From NCBI RefSeq assembly GCF_009914755.1, contig NC_060928.1: 64,000 bases of DNA; one strand, written 5' to 3'. Position 1 is the stretch's first letter, and each line of letters starts with the position of its first letter. This document shows positions 52,830 to 64,000 of the stretch, piece by piece. The notes beneath the pieces were generated by a model. It was not told where the DNA came from. It ran no database searches and worked only from the letters and a program-made list of their open reading frames with translations. The translations under genes and the position numbers were made by a program. The DNA is from the human T2T-CHM13v2.0 reference genome, Homo sapiens.

Positions 52830-53006
52830 CAATGTGCAGTCCTTGTGTAGATACTGATTCAAACAAACCAACCAGAAAAGGTCACTTCTGAGATAATCAG
52901 GGAAATTTGACACTGACTGGACACTAGATAATATTAAAAAATTGTTATAGATATTTTAAAGTATGATAATGATATTGTGGTTTAGGTTACAAAACAGGGT
53001 CTATAT

Positions 53007-53048
<42 letters not shown>

Positions 53049-53250
53049 ATTATGGATAAAATTGATGTATCTGGGGTTTGCTTTAAAATAATCCAACATG
53101 AGAAGGAGGATACGAAGAAGTGACGAAAAGGCATGGATGAAATAAGGTTGGCCACATATTGATAATTGCTGAAGCTGATGGTGGGTATATCAAGGTTCAT
53201 TATGTTGTCCTCTCTGGTTCGTATATGTTTAAACATGTCCATAATAATAG
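52830..53250 (+). mobile_element. Ancient L1MC/ME 3' fragment containing (TG)n at 53013-53045
   Basis: TCTGGGGTTTGCTTTAAAATAATCCA...TTGATAATTGCTGAAGCTGATGGTGGG. Confidence 0.65.
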
Positions 53251-53759
53251 GAGGGAAGAATAGAAAAAGAAAGAAGAGGAGGGAGGAAAGTCAAGGAAGA
53301 GAAAGATGGCTTAGGAATTAGCTGGTCTTGAGTTTAAGAGCTGTTTTTGCCAGATAAGTATGAAAAGCACTTAACACGGTGCTGGTAGGTAATCAATGTG
53401 CAATAAAAATTACTTATTGTTATGCAACTGACAAGAATAAAGTAGCCTGTCCACCAGTTGTATTGAAATTTATACATCTAATGATTTCTAAACTTATGTA
53501 TGTTCTCCAACTCAATTTGGTTCAACAAACATTCATGAACATACAGGAACACACAGGTGAATAGGATGTGCTAGATCGCTAGATCCTCAAGTTGCCCCCA
53601 AGTTGTGGAGCCAATTAACCATAACACAAAGTGCTACTACTGTACCAGAAAGCAACAGTGGCCAGCAAGTTCAAAGGTCAAGAGTTTTCAAAAGGGTCTT
53701 TTGAAAGAGAGGCTCTTTTTTACCTATCTAATTGGAACATGTTTTCAAAGAAAGAAATG

Positions 53760-54345
53760 TACCTAACATGGGTAACAGTGAAGAGAAATGGAAACTCAAA
53801 TCCACTGGTGATGGGTAAATTAGTACTGCTTTTCTTGAGAACAATTCAGCACTATACAAAACATAAAAGCAAATACACACACAATGTATAAGTCTTAAAT
53901 TCAGTAATTACATGGCTAATGGTTTTTCCTAAGGAAATAATTCAGGATAAATAAAGAGATTTAGCTGCAAAATGGCATGAGTTTAAAAAAAATGTAGATT
54001 ACCTAAATAACTGACAACAGAGGATTAAGTACATTGAATGAATTCATGCAATAAAATACTATTCAGCCATTAAAAGATGATATTCAAACATGAATAGAAC
54101 ATCTTGTGTTCCTAAATAAAGCAGACCACAGAATAATAATATAGCGTGATCTGTTTGTGGGAGTATGTACTCATCTGTTTGTGTATGTGAGTTTAAGTGT
54201 GATAAGTGTAAAAACCTATCCATATAGTCAAAAGGTGAATAAGTAAATAGAGAGTTGCTCACAATTTCCTTAAGTCAACATTTTTCTTAATTTTCCTTAT
54301 TTGTACTTTCTAATATTTCTAAAAGCACATTTTATCTGTTGCAAC
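53760..54345 (+). mobile_element. Ancient L1ME fragment
   Basis: GAGAAATGGAAACTC...AATACTATTCAGCCATTAAAA, degenerate L1 ORF2 end and 3'UTR. Confidence 0.55.
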
Positions 54346-55229
54346 AAGAAAAAAGGAGTGACTCATGTATTTCTCTTGTGAATTGCAATTTGGCTACCAA
54401 ATTTCTAGATTATTTACACGTTTACTCCCAGCACCTGCCCTTTCCTTCACACTTAGAACAAATAGAAACAAACAATCATTTAGGGCTTCTGAAGCACAGG
54501 AATTTTATATTACTCATCTTTGTAATCCTGGTGCCTAATACAGAATTTAATGAATATTCAACAAATGTTAAAAGACTGAGTGAATCAATCTATAAATGAA
54601 CAAGAAAAAAACTCTTTATATTCAAAAATCCCAAGAGCAATTTCTACTGGAAAATAATAAAATATGTTTAATTCATTTCTAAAATCCCATCCATGGGCTT
54701 TCTTCATGGGCAGTAATAGGAGACCTTAATTTCTTCTAATGGTGAGAACAAAAAAAAAAAAAAAACTCTAAATCTCATAGAGATTCCGCATCTGCAACCT
54801 GAGGATGGTAGTATCTCCTTCTCGAGGTTATTGTAAAACTTAAGTTTATTTTTAAAAAGAGCACGTGGCTTGGCACATAATATACAATTTGCAGTCCAGT
54901 TGCACGCCTTCTCACTATCACTTATAATTTAACCCATTATTCTCCAATTCTGCTCACAGAGGGAGTTCTAATTCCTTTGAAACCCTGCTGAGGCCTTCAA
55001 ACATCCCCACAGGCTGGGGGCTATGGCCCAGGCTCCTTCCGCTAAGCTTTGTTTCACATGCTGGTGTCAGTTGGCAAAAGGAGTTTGCTGTCCTCACAGG
55101 TGGAGGCAGAGTACTGGGGCGGAGGTATCCTCAGCCAAGCCAGCTCCCAAACCAAGCAGAGCATGAGCTGCTCCTCTTCCTGCCCACCCCAGCAACCTAC
55201 AGGTCACAGGTTGGTGGGTGTGAACCAAA

Positions 55230-55487
55230 GCAAGCCTGAAGAAGCATTTGCCTGGCCTGCACAGTTTTTAATAATTGAATCAAAGCAGTTCATATTAAAC
55301 CTGAGTTTTCTTCTTCCATTGAAATAGTGGAAGGTCTCGCAAGACAGATCTGAAATGCTTTCCTAGCAACAGCTGGCTGCAACTAAGAAGCAGGTGACCC
55401 CTTTAAGTGTCCCAGAACCCATGAGGCTTCCTGCACTTATTTATTTTAACTACTCAGGCCCTAACAGGTATTTGAGTTTGTGATCTG
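55230..55487 (+). mobile_element. MER102-like hAT element
   Basis: TTTGCCTGGCCTGCACAG...GGTATTTGAGTTTGTGATCTG. Confidence 0.55.
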
Positions 55488-55712
55488 TAAAAAGAGACTC
55501 AGAAATCAGATAAATGCTCACAAAACTATCTACTAAACAATAAAGGCTGCTATAAAGAGAAAGGACACTCCATTCATAATTCAATGAATATTTATTAAGC
55601 ATGATGTATTTGACACTGGTGCAAGACTCAAGACACTGAAGGCTCTAAGATAACAGACACAGGTATTATCATTAACCTTAAGGAGATCACATTCTGGTAA
55701 GATAGACACAAA

Positions 55713-56007
55713 CTTTTTTTTTTTTTTAGACAGAGTCTCACTCTGTTGCCCAGGATAGAGGGCAGTGGTGCAATCTCGGCTCATTGCTGCCTCCGCCTCC
55801 TGGGTTCAAGCAATTCTCATGCCTCAGCCACCCAAGTAGCTGAGATTATAGGTGCCTGCCACCATGCCTGGCTAATTTTTGTATTTTTAGTAGAGATGGG
55901 GTTTCACTGTGTTGACCAGGCTGGTCTTGAACTCCTGACCTCAAGTGATACACCCATCTCAGCCTCCCAAAGTGCTAGGATTACAGGCATGAGCCACCAA
56001 GCCCGGC
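55713..56007 (-). mobile_element. AluS (Sz/Sx-like), inserted in an L2 remnant
   Basis: Full dimer with CTCCTGACCTCAAGTGAT; ACACAAA flanks both sides. Confidence 0.93.
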
Positions 56008-59000
56008 CCGACACACAAATCTTTAAGGTACAGTATAATATGTACAACAACGATGATAATGCAGAAGTAATAGGATAGAGAATCAACTCTGCCTAGTGGC
56101 AAAGACTTCATGGAGAAATTGAGATTTGCCATGAGTTCTTAATGAGGAATAAATGATTTTTAAAAGCATCAGTTAATAACTTTTACAAAAACAAAAAAAG
56201 TGTAAGCAAGATAACAATCATAATGTGTTAATTGTTTCAGCAGTGGATAATATTTATGTGGTCATAGTAATGTCAATATTGATAATTTAACAAAATATGT
56301 TCAGAAACTCAGGGCCAGTAATTAGCCCACATACACCATATGGGATAACTGGTTGTGACTAATCAGTGTGTGCTCTGCCAGTTCTTGAATGTTTTGAGTA
56401 CCGGTCTTGGAATTATGAGAGAATATAAGGTCAGCAGATAAAGTCTAAGCCTGACAAGTCAAGAAGTTGCATTATAAGGAAATTATTGCAGTAAACATTT
56501 GAATACCAGAAGAAACATCAAAACGAGTCAAAAGTGGTTGGTAGAGAGGCAGGAAAGTATGGTGCAAAGATCTGCTATTTACTGTTATAAGCCTTTTAGT
56601 ACTATCTGATTTTTTATCACTTTATTAAAAACATAACTGATTATTAAGAAAAGGACAAATAAAGTTGTAGTTAACCAGGGCATTCTTTAAAAAAAAAAAA
56701 GGAACAACTTGTAATAAGTAAAAGGAATAACTTGTTAAAAGACATGGCATGAAACAGCACAACTTTTCCTGCTTGTTTGGAGGGTGGGTGGGGATTGTGA
56801 TGGAAGAGGAGGCTGGCAAGCACGTAGGCAACCAAAGGTCTCAATGCCATGTTGATTAGTTGGGATTCTGTTATGCAGCTAAGTTGAGACCACTGAAAAG
56901 TTTTAAGTGAGAAGCAACATAATCATCTTTTTTTTTTCCATTTTGAAAAGACTACTTTAATATCAGCATGGGTGATTCAGACACACCTAAACCAGGATGA
57001 TAGCACCAGGTATGCAGAAAAAAGAAAGGCCTATGAGGGATAGCCACAGATCAAATATGAAAGACCTGGTGACTGGAAGTGAAAAAAAGGAGTCTGGGAT
57101 GACCCCAGAGTTTACCGCTTGGATAACTGTCTGGATTGTGGTACCAATCACAAAGATACAAGGTATAAAGAAGGGAAACAGGTTGAGCATAGAGAGGAAT
57201 TCAGTTTGGGTCACTGAGTTTGAGATGACTGTGGCTCATCTAGAGGGCAGTAGATGAGGTATAGATCCACAACTTTGGAGCAAAGCCAAGCTGCAGGTTC
57301 TATTTTGGGGAATCATGGAAAATAAACTGGAATTTAATTCCATGAGAATAGACTTCTCAAAAAAGGAAATGTGAAAAGAAAATGCTGATTAAGGGCAGAA
57401 TTCTGAAAATCCAGTGAAATAAGAAAGTTTAAAGGAACGTACATTATTAAAATAATCATCTTTATCTGGGAAAGCATGAATTGTATTTTAAAGAAGATGA
57501 AGGAAAATATGATACTCAGCTGTAGAAAACACAGTAAGATTTCCACTCAAAAAGATCATAGGTTATGTTAAAATTTAGAATTAGTAAAAACTAAAAGTAT
57601 TAAAATTTCCCACCAACTAACTCTCAACTCCCCAGAAATCATCCCCTGGGAAAGTTCCTCAAGCCCGTATTTAAAATTTCAGTACAGAAATTTCAATCTC
57701 TTCCGAAATATGCCATTTCAAGGAGACTATTCATCAATTCTTTCAATCATGATCATTCATTCATTCAAAAAAATTAAACACCTACTTCTAAAGCTCCATA
57801 AATGTTTCTTCATATTGAGCTGGTTTTTGCCTTCCTGTTATTTTACTCTGCTCCTTGGAATCACCTAAAATAAGTTTAAGCTCTCTTTTCCTTGACAGAT
57901 TCTCATATATTTGAAGCCAGCTATCAAGTCTTCCTGAAAGAATTTCACTTCTTCAAGCTAAACATCCCGGTTCTTTCAATCATATTTTATGGTATCATCA
58001 AGACCCCTCATAAGCCTTGTCGTCCTGTCCTAAATGCAAAGTCAAAATAAAGTGCCATCCCACAGGGTCTGGCAAAGACAGAATAAAGTGGGGCTTTCAG
58101 GCCCTACACTGGGAGCTCCCCATAGCATATCAGCCCTTTTTGCCTATCACATTAATACTGGGGTTTTATTCTCCTTACCATAAAATGAAGCTCCTCTATT
58201 TTTTATACTGCTGGAAAGCAATATATTTATGGTTTCTTTTTTTCATTGCTATAGCTCTGTTTTGTGGCATTTTTTTTTTACCTTAAGAAAATAGTTTTTA
58301 CACTTTTTCCTTTTAAATGTTTTTTGGGTCAGATTTCACCTATCATTCAAATATTTCACAATCTGTTGTCTGATCCTTTCATTCAACCTATTATCCATAC
58401 CTCCCTGTTTTGCAGGACCTGAAGAATTTCTCAGGTGCATTAAAGCAATACAAACAAAATAAACTAATGTTAACTGCATTTGCTAAGTGACTAGAAATTA
58501 GTCCTTATTTCTGGGGATAGTTTTAAAATATCAACTCCACTCATAAAATTAAAGACAAAAGGAAAAGAAATCCAATTGTACTTCAGTGAATCAAGGCTGT
58601 ATTTATTTTTATGCATTTTGAGATTCTCAAGTTAAATATTACAGAATGTATTAAAAGTATTATCCCCATCAGTCAGCATGGGGAATGAAGTCAGTGTAAA
58701 CAATACAAGCATTCAAAAAGAGGCAGCCTGACAAGGAGCATGACACGCCGTCTCAAAGTCACTGCTAATGCTGAGGTAAGTAGTACACCAGCTGGGTCAA
58801 CTATTTAAAAAGATCATACATGACCAACTTAAACAGTCATGTGCGTTGTATTTGCCTCATCTCTGAGCTGAATTTTCCATTTTTAGAGCCAAGTGCATTT
58901 TGTATTTTAAAAATAAATATAATATCACAAAATGTCCATTCATTTATATTCTGATGATTTAGGACATCTTCCTAGATACACTCCAAACTTCTACTTATGT

Positions 59001-60430
59001 ATACTAAATCCAGTGATTCCTTGCCATATCATATCATTTAAGATCAGAATCACATTCCATGTCTCATTAGAAAATCCAGCTTTAAGTCAAAGAAGAATGT
59101 ATCAACCTATGAACATAAGCAGAAATTAGAAGAATATTTCATTGTCGCACCTCTATCATTTTATTTACATTAAAGAGAAGCAGTGCAGAGTAACGGAGAA
59201 AAGGCAGCTTTAGGGTCAGATGGAGCTGTTTTTGAATCCTAGATCTACCTTTTATGCACGAGATTTATAATTAAGATTGAGTTTCTCAACCACTGAGCTT
59301 CAGGGTCCTCTTCTGTAAACTGAGGCTCATAATACCTAACTTACATAGCCATGGTAAAAATGTAGCTGTGTGCTGAAAAGAAGGTGGAGGGTAGAAATTA
59401 TGCGTTTGTAACTTAGGTAATGCCTTGCACAGGGTAAGCGCTCAAAAAATAGTAGCTGTTAAGTGACCAGAAGTAAAAGAACAAAAATTTAAATTACCCT
59501 GGTAAAAAACTAGATTCTCAGCCTCATAAGTGGATACTGACAAATTTCTACATTTATGGTGTGATTTCACTGTGTATAAAATATGTTTCTGATATAAACT
59601 ATGAAAGATGAATACACATATATATGCATACCTTCTACAGTATGCTTTTTTGTATGTACTTAATGAGACAAAACTATATTTTGGCCTCTCTGCATGTTCC
59701 TTCTTTCTAATTTTTGGAAGAAATTTGAAGTTAATATGCCTCAGCTAATTAATAGAAATATGACACCTTCTACATACATAGTTCTTTGTGTTTTCAGTAG
59801 AGTTCTGCCAGTGACTCAGCATACCATTTATGTCAGTTGGGATTACTGATTCAGTTGGTTGGTTAAATGATTCAATAATACAAATATAGCTGACAAAGTC
59901 AGATCATAGTAATAACTAAAAATCAAGTGAATTATAAATCATATCTCTAATTTTTAAAAAATAAAATTAAAGTTTTTAAGTTGAAATCAACACTAGGAGT
60001 AAAAGCAATAAGCATTTGGGGAACTTTCTTATTACATCTTCACTGTCAGGAAGAAAACAGAATCTTAAATATGCATACTATACACAGAGTAATTTCCAAG
60101 TCCAAAAAGAGACCCTATCTAACGTGGAGTTTGAAAAAAAAAATAGGGAGTGAAAATAATGTTTAACACTGAGTTTGTGGTTAGCTGAGATGAAAACTGT
60201 GAAATGGGTGTAATGTTACAGCGTTCTCCTTTTTTGTTAACTCCTTTTCTATCTTTTCTTCTTCTTGTCTTTTGCCCTCCTTTAATCCATTGTCCTCATT
60301 CTGCTTTAACATGGCCCCAAGGAGAACATAATTCTTGAGCAGATTTTTGTTTCTAAATGTATTTGCTTTCAAAGCAGACCTTCAAGGAGAGAAATTATTT
60401 AACTCAAAAGAAACACTCTAAAATCTGGAG

Positions 60431-60972
60431 TGCCTCAATCTGGGTTTCCTAGAAAGCAGAACCTAATGTACAGACTAAGGGATTACCACTTTATTTGAGA
60501 GTTACAAGCTTGGGGTAGTGAGAATAAGGAAGAAAGGAAACGAAGCAAAGAAAGGGACAAAACAATAAAATGTGTGCACCTATCATGCAGTGTGTAGTTC
60601 CAAAGTGAGATGCAGAGAAACACAGAAATTTGCTCAGACAGCATGTTTACTAGTATGTAGGCCACATGAATGGCTCAAGAAAAAAATTCATACCTTGAAG
60701 CAGTCCAGTGGAAAAAAAATGAAAGGAGGAAGAATGTATCAGACCCAATCACTTTCATCACCAATTTCCCACTGGTCAAAATTCACCCCACTGAGTATGA
60801 ACTCCCTCAGTTCTGACCCCTTGGTGACAGAGAGGCCAGAACTCATGCCCTGGGACATGGTGTTTTATCCAAGTCTCAAAGTGGAGCAACCTGGCATGGG
60901 GAGGAGCTGACCAAGAGACAATGAAGGTGGCTGAAAGACTCTTAGGAGGTGCACAATATTTGTGTCCCAACA
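60431..60972 (-). mobile_element. ERVL LTR (LTR16/LTR67B-like)
   Basis: TGCCTCAATCTGGGTTTCCTAGAAAGCAGAACCT...TTTATTTGAGAG is the reverse of an ERVL LTR U5 end. Confidence 0.5.
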
Positions 60973-62993
60973 CAGTGAGCAATTTGGGCATCAGGACATC
61001 TCCTGGGGAACAATTTTCCAGGACAGAGGAATTTTCCAAGTTTTCTTAAATCACATCATCTGGAGAACTGCCTATTCTCTAAAACTGAAAGACAGGCTTC
61101 TGGGTTTTCAGGGCCAGCATGGGAAGCAGAGACAGGAGCAAAGAAAAAAAGAAGAGGGTCTTTACAAATAGTGTATGTTCATTCAAATTCAGAAAAATAA
61201 AATATGAACTCCTTCTTCCTCCAATGTAAAACTCTATTCTGAATGGTAGAAATAATATCTTGGTGTTTAGGAAAGGCTAAAACTGATTGATAATACAATT
61301 TTTAACTCATAAAAGTACTTCACAACCTTATATTTTTAAAGCCCAGAAGGGAAAGTAATTTAACAACCTGTCATACACAAACTAATTCAGGTATCTGAAA
61401 ACTGTCAACACGACAATGTCTTTGCCAGTAAATCAACCTTTTTTTTACTATTACCATTATTAAATCTGTGACAAATTGATTGAATGACTAAATTTAATAG
61501 GAACTCCAAAATAATCTGAAGCTAGTTTCTCAGAAATCGTCAGTTGTCAAAACTTGACTTTTTGATTCCCATTCCTTTATAATAAGGCCAAACCAGGCAG
61601 TTAGGCATTGTGACAATTTGAATGAAAAGTTTTAGGCTCACTGAATTTCTATAGTAGTTCAAAGAGAGGAGGTGAAGGAACCAAGGAAAAAGGACAATTT
61701 GTTTTCAAGGAGGATTATCCAAGTGCAAAGTGAGGTGAAACTGTGGCATTGGTTTCTGGATCTAGTGATAACATGGTCTCTGACCCATGAGGAAACAGTC
61801 ATCAAACTTTAATAATGGTAAAGAAAAGAACATAAGATTTCAGAGTAGATGCTCACCCAACCTGAAAAAGCCCCAGAACTTAAACCCTTTAAATGAGTTA
61901 GAGTAAGCCAACCCAACTTAGCATCGAATTTGTTATCATCTTTATCAATAAAACCATTTGCAGAGACTAGGAATATAAATAAAGAAATATTAGGCAGAAT
62001 ATCTTAGGTATCAGGTGTTTAGAACATAAATTATCTTGGAATTCCAAAAAGTGGCAATGTGTTAAGCTGAAAAAATCAAAAAGTTTCACAGAAGAACTTA
62101 GAAACTGAGGACCAAAGGAAATGACATAGAAATGAGTTTGGTGTCTTTGGGAGGCAATGAGTAAAGCTGTTCAGCTGGAGTGACGAATTATACAAAAAAG
62201 GATTAAGAAACAATGGCCTTCTTGGTGTGTTTTGTGTGACTATGAAATAATTCAATTGATTTCATTGTGTGGCCTATGAAAAGAAGACTCATTAAGAAAT
62301 AGTCACAACACATATTGCCAGTTGAAGCTTCTCAATGACTGCCCACCACATCCTGAAAGACAGATTCCCAATTAAGAATCTGACTAGTATAGAAAACCAC
62401 TCACTAAGTATTTAACAGCGAAGACAAATGTTGTGTGGAAATCACTAAGAATGAGGTGTGTATTCTTCGTTATGTTTCTGCAAAGGCAAATGGAAGTGAA
62501 GTTTATTATTTTGTGTAGTCTCATCTCACATCTCAACCAAACTTACAATCACTCTTCTGACCCTCCATTACATGATGATTGTCATTTACCTAAAAATGAG
62601 CAGGGATTTTCCTCACAGAAGTCTTCTATCACAGGATGGCAATGTTACAAATAACTATCTCCCGATGTAACAATATTTGAATTTTTTGTCAATGTCATTT
62701 ACCTATTGTAGTTGTGCTTTATTTTTACCCTTCATAGTAAGATATCAGTCCGTCATCCTTATTTTAATAGATGGTAAAATATGAAATATGCAATGTCTTT
62801 AATGCAAAAACTAAGCCTGGGGCATAGGATTGGTGCTATATTCCAAGATGAGGACCATAAGAGAACACAGTTACTGAATTCAATTTTGGGGGAAAAGCTC
62901 AATTGTCTTTTTAAAAATTCTTCGTTATTGGTTTCCCAGGTTCCAAGTGGCCTGAGTCTTCTGTCCTTCCCAGGGAAGTCTACTGAGAGTTTC

Positions 62994-63054
62994 TTTTTTT
63001 TTTTTTAATTTTATTATTATTATACTTTAAGTTTCAGGGTACATGTGCACAATG
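62994..63054 (-). mobile_element. Extremely 5'-truncated L1PA (about 60 bp)
   Basis: CATTGTGCACATGTACCCTGAAACTTAAAGTATAATAATAATAAAATTAAAAA...; perfect TSD TGAGAGTTTC at 62984-62993 and 63055-63064. Confidence 0.92.
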
Positions 63055-63478
63055 TGAGAGTTTCGTATTTTGAAATTCTATCTTTCAACCTCAAAAACCT
63101 TGCCAAAGTGCAGTAATATCATCCTGTACTCATAAGAACATAAGAAAACTTGATGGTCATGGCCCACTCCCTACCCAGCTTAGGAATCACCTTTACACAA
63201 CTCCATTTATGTACCATCCAGACCACATGTGTGTACAGGCAGGGGAAGCTCACCACATCCCAAGGCATCTGGCTCCACTTTTTTCCAAGCTCCATTTGGG
63301 GAATAAATTTCTTCCAAATGCTGCCTTCCTGGAATTTTAGTTCACTAATGTAAGCTGTGTTCTCTGAACTATACAGGGGAAACCTTGGTTGAAACGACTT
63401 TTCACATATTTGAAGTTGACTCTCATAAGCCAAAGCTTGTCTCTTTTCCATCCACAACCCCAATTTCTATTCTCTCGT

Positions 63479-63481
<3 letters not shown>

Positions 63482-63518
<37 letters not shown>
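63482..63518. repeat. (GT)n microsatellite
   Basis: Uninterrupted GT run. Confidence 0.95.
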
Positions 63519-63519
<1 letters not shown>

Positions 63520-63789
63520 CTTCAGTTACCAACAATCTCTTATCCCTTGTCTTTCAAGAGCACCAGTAATTTCCTCATAGCTCACTCAAGCGTGGCCTCT
63601 TCTTTAGCCTCATCCTCCTTCACATCCACATTAGAGTATTTGATATGGTTGACTTTCCCAAATCTTCCATCTAAAATCCACCCCCATTGTTGGCTTCCTG
63701 GCTTATTCTCTCCTTTTTACTCAACTTTGCCAGCTCTTTTTCTGACTCCCACACCACAAATATGTGTGCCACAAATAATCTACCTCTGT

Positions 63790-64000
63790 CTTTTTTTTTC
63801 ACTTTTTTTTGTCATGGTAAAATACATATAACAAAAAATTTATTATCCTAACCTTTTTTAAGGTAGCATTAAATACATCCACATTGTGCAACCATCACCA
63901 CCATGCATCTCCAGAATTCTTTTCATCTTGCAAAACTAAAACTCTATACCCATTAAACAATAACTCCCTACTTGCCTCTCCTCCCAGCCCCCATTCTGCT
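63790..64000 (-). mobile_element. L1MB 3' end, continues off the right edge
   Basis: TGGTAAAATACATATAAC...TGTGCAACCATCACCACC...CCCATTAAACAATAACTCCC. Confidence 0.8.

Noticed and set aside
58770-58782. Strong plus-strand donor GAG|GTAAGT suggesting an antisense exon
   Set aside because: It is an isolated motif with no convincing acceptor or ORF, expected by chance in 64 kb.
63385-63831. 148-aa ORF with a VCVCVC run
   Set aside because: It has a non-ATG start and crosses a (GT)n microsatellite and an L1 tail; low-complexity artefact.

Overview
Primate (almost certainly human) genomic DNA, AT-rich and CpG-poor, with roughly half derived from transposable elements. It carries the 3' part of the betacellulin gene (BTC, an EGF-family ErbB ligand) on the minus strand: coding exons 2 (52155-52253), 3 (37959-38076), 4 (32670-32816) and 5 (30131-30240), plus a non-coding terminal exon 6 (about 26850-28767). 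Exon 1 lies beyond the right edge. The exons were read by hand; all have GT-AG boundaries and splice in frame to the BTC precursor, but with Met rather than Leu at codon 124. Positions 1-26850 are intergenic, with L1, MaLR/ERVL LTRs, Alu, MIR, L2 and DNA transposon fossils. The ORF track misses BTC; its ORFs are L1 remnants or spurious. I found no new gene system. The best leads are: (i) a candidate alternative terminal coding exon inside the BTC 3'UTR, (ii) an Alu orientation switch across exon 4 that could drive exon-4 skipping or circRNAs, and (iii) several clear repair or replication scars (templated insertions, a micro-L1). TE subfamily names come from recalled consensus sequences, and boundaries of old elements are approximate.
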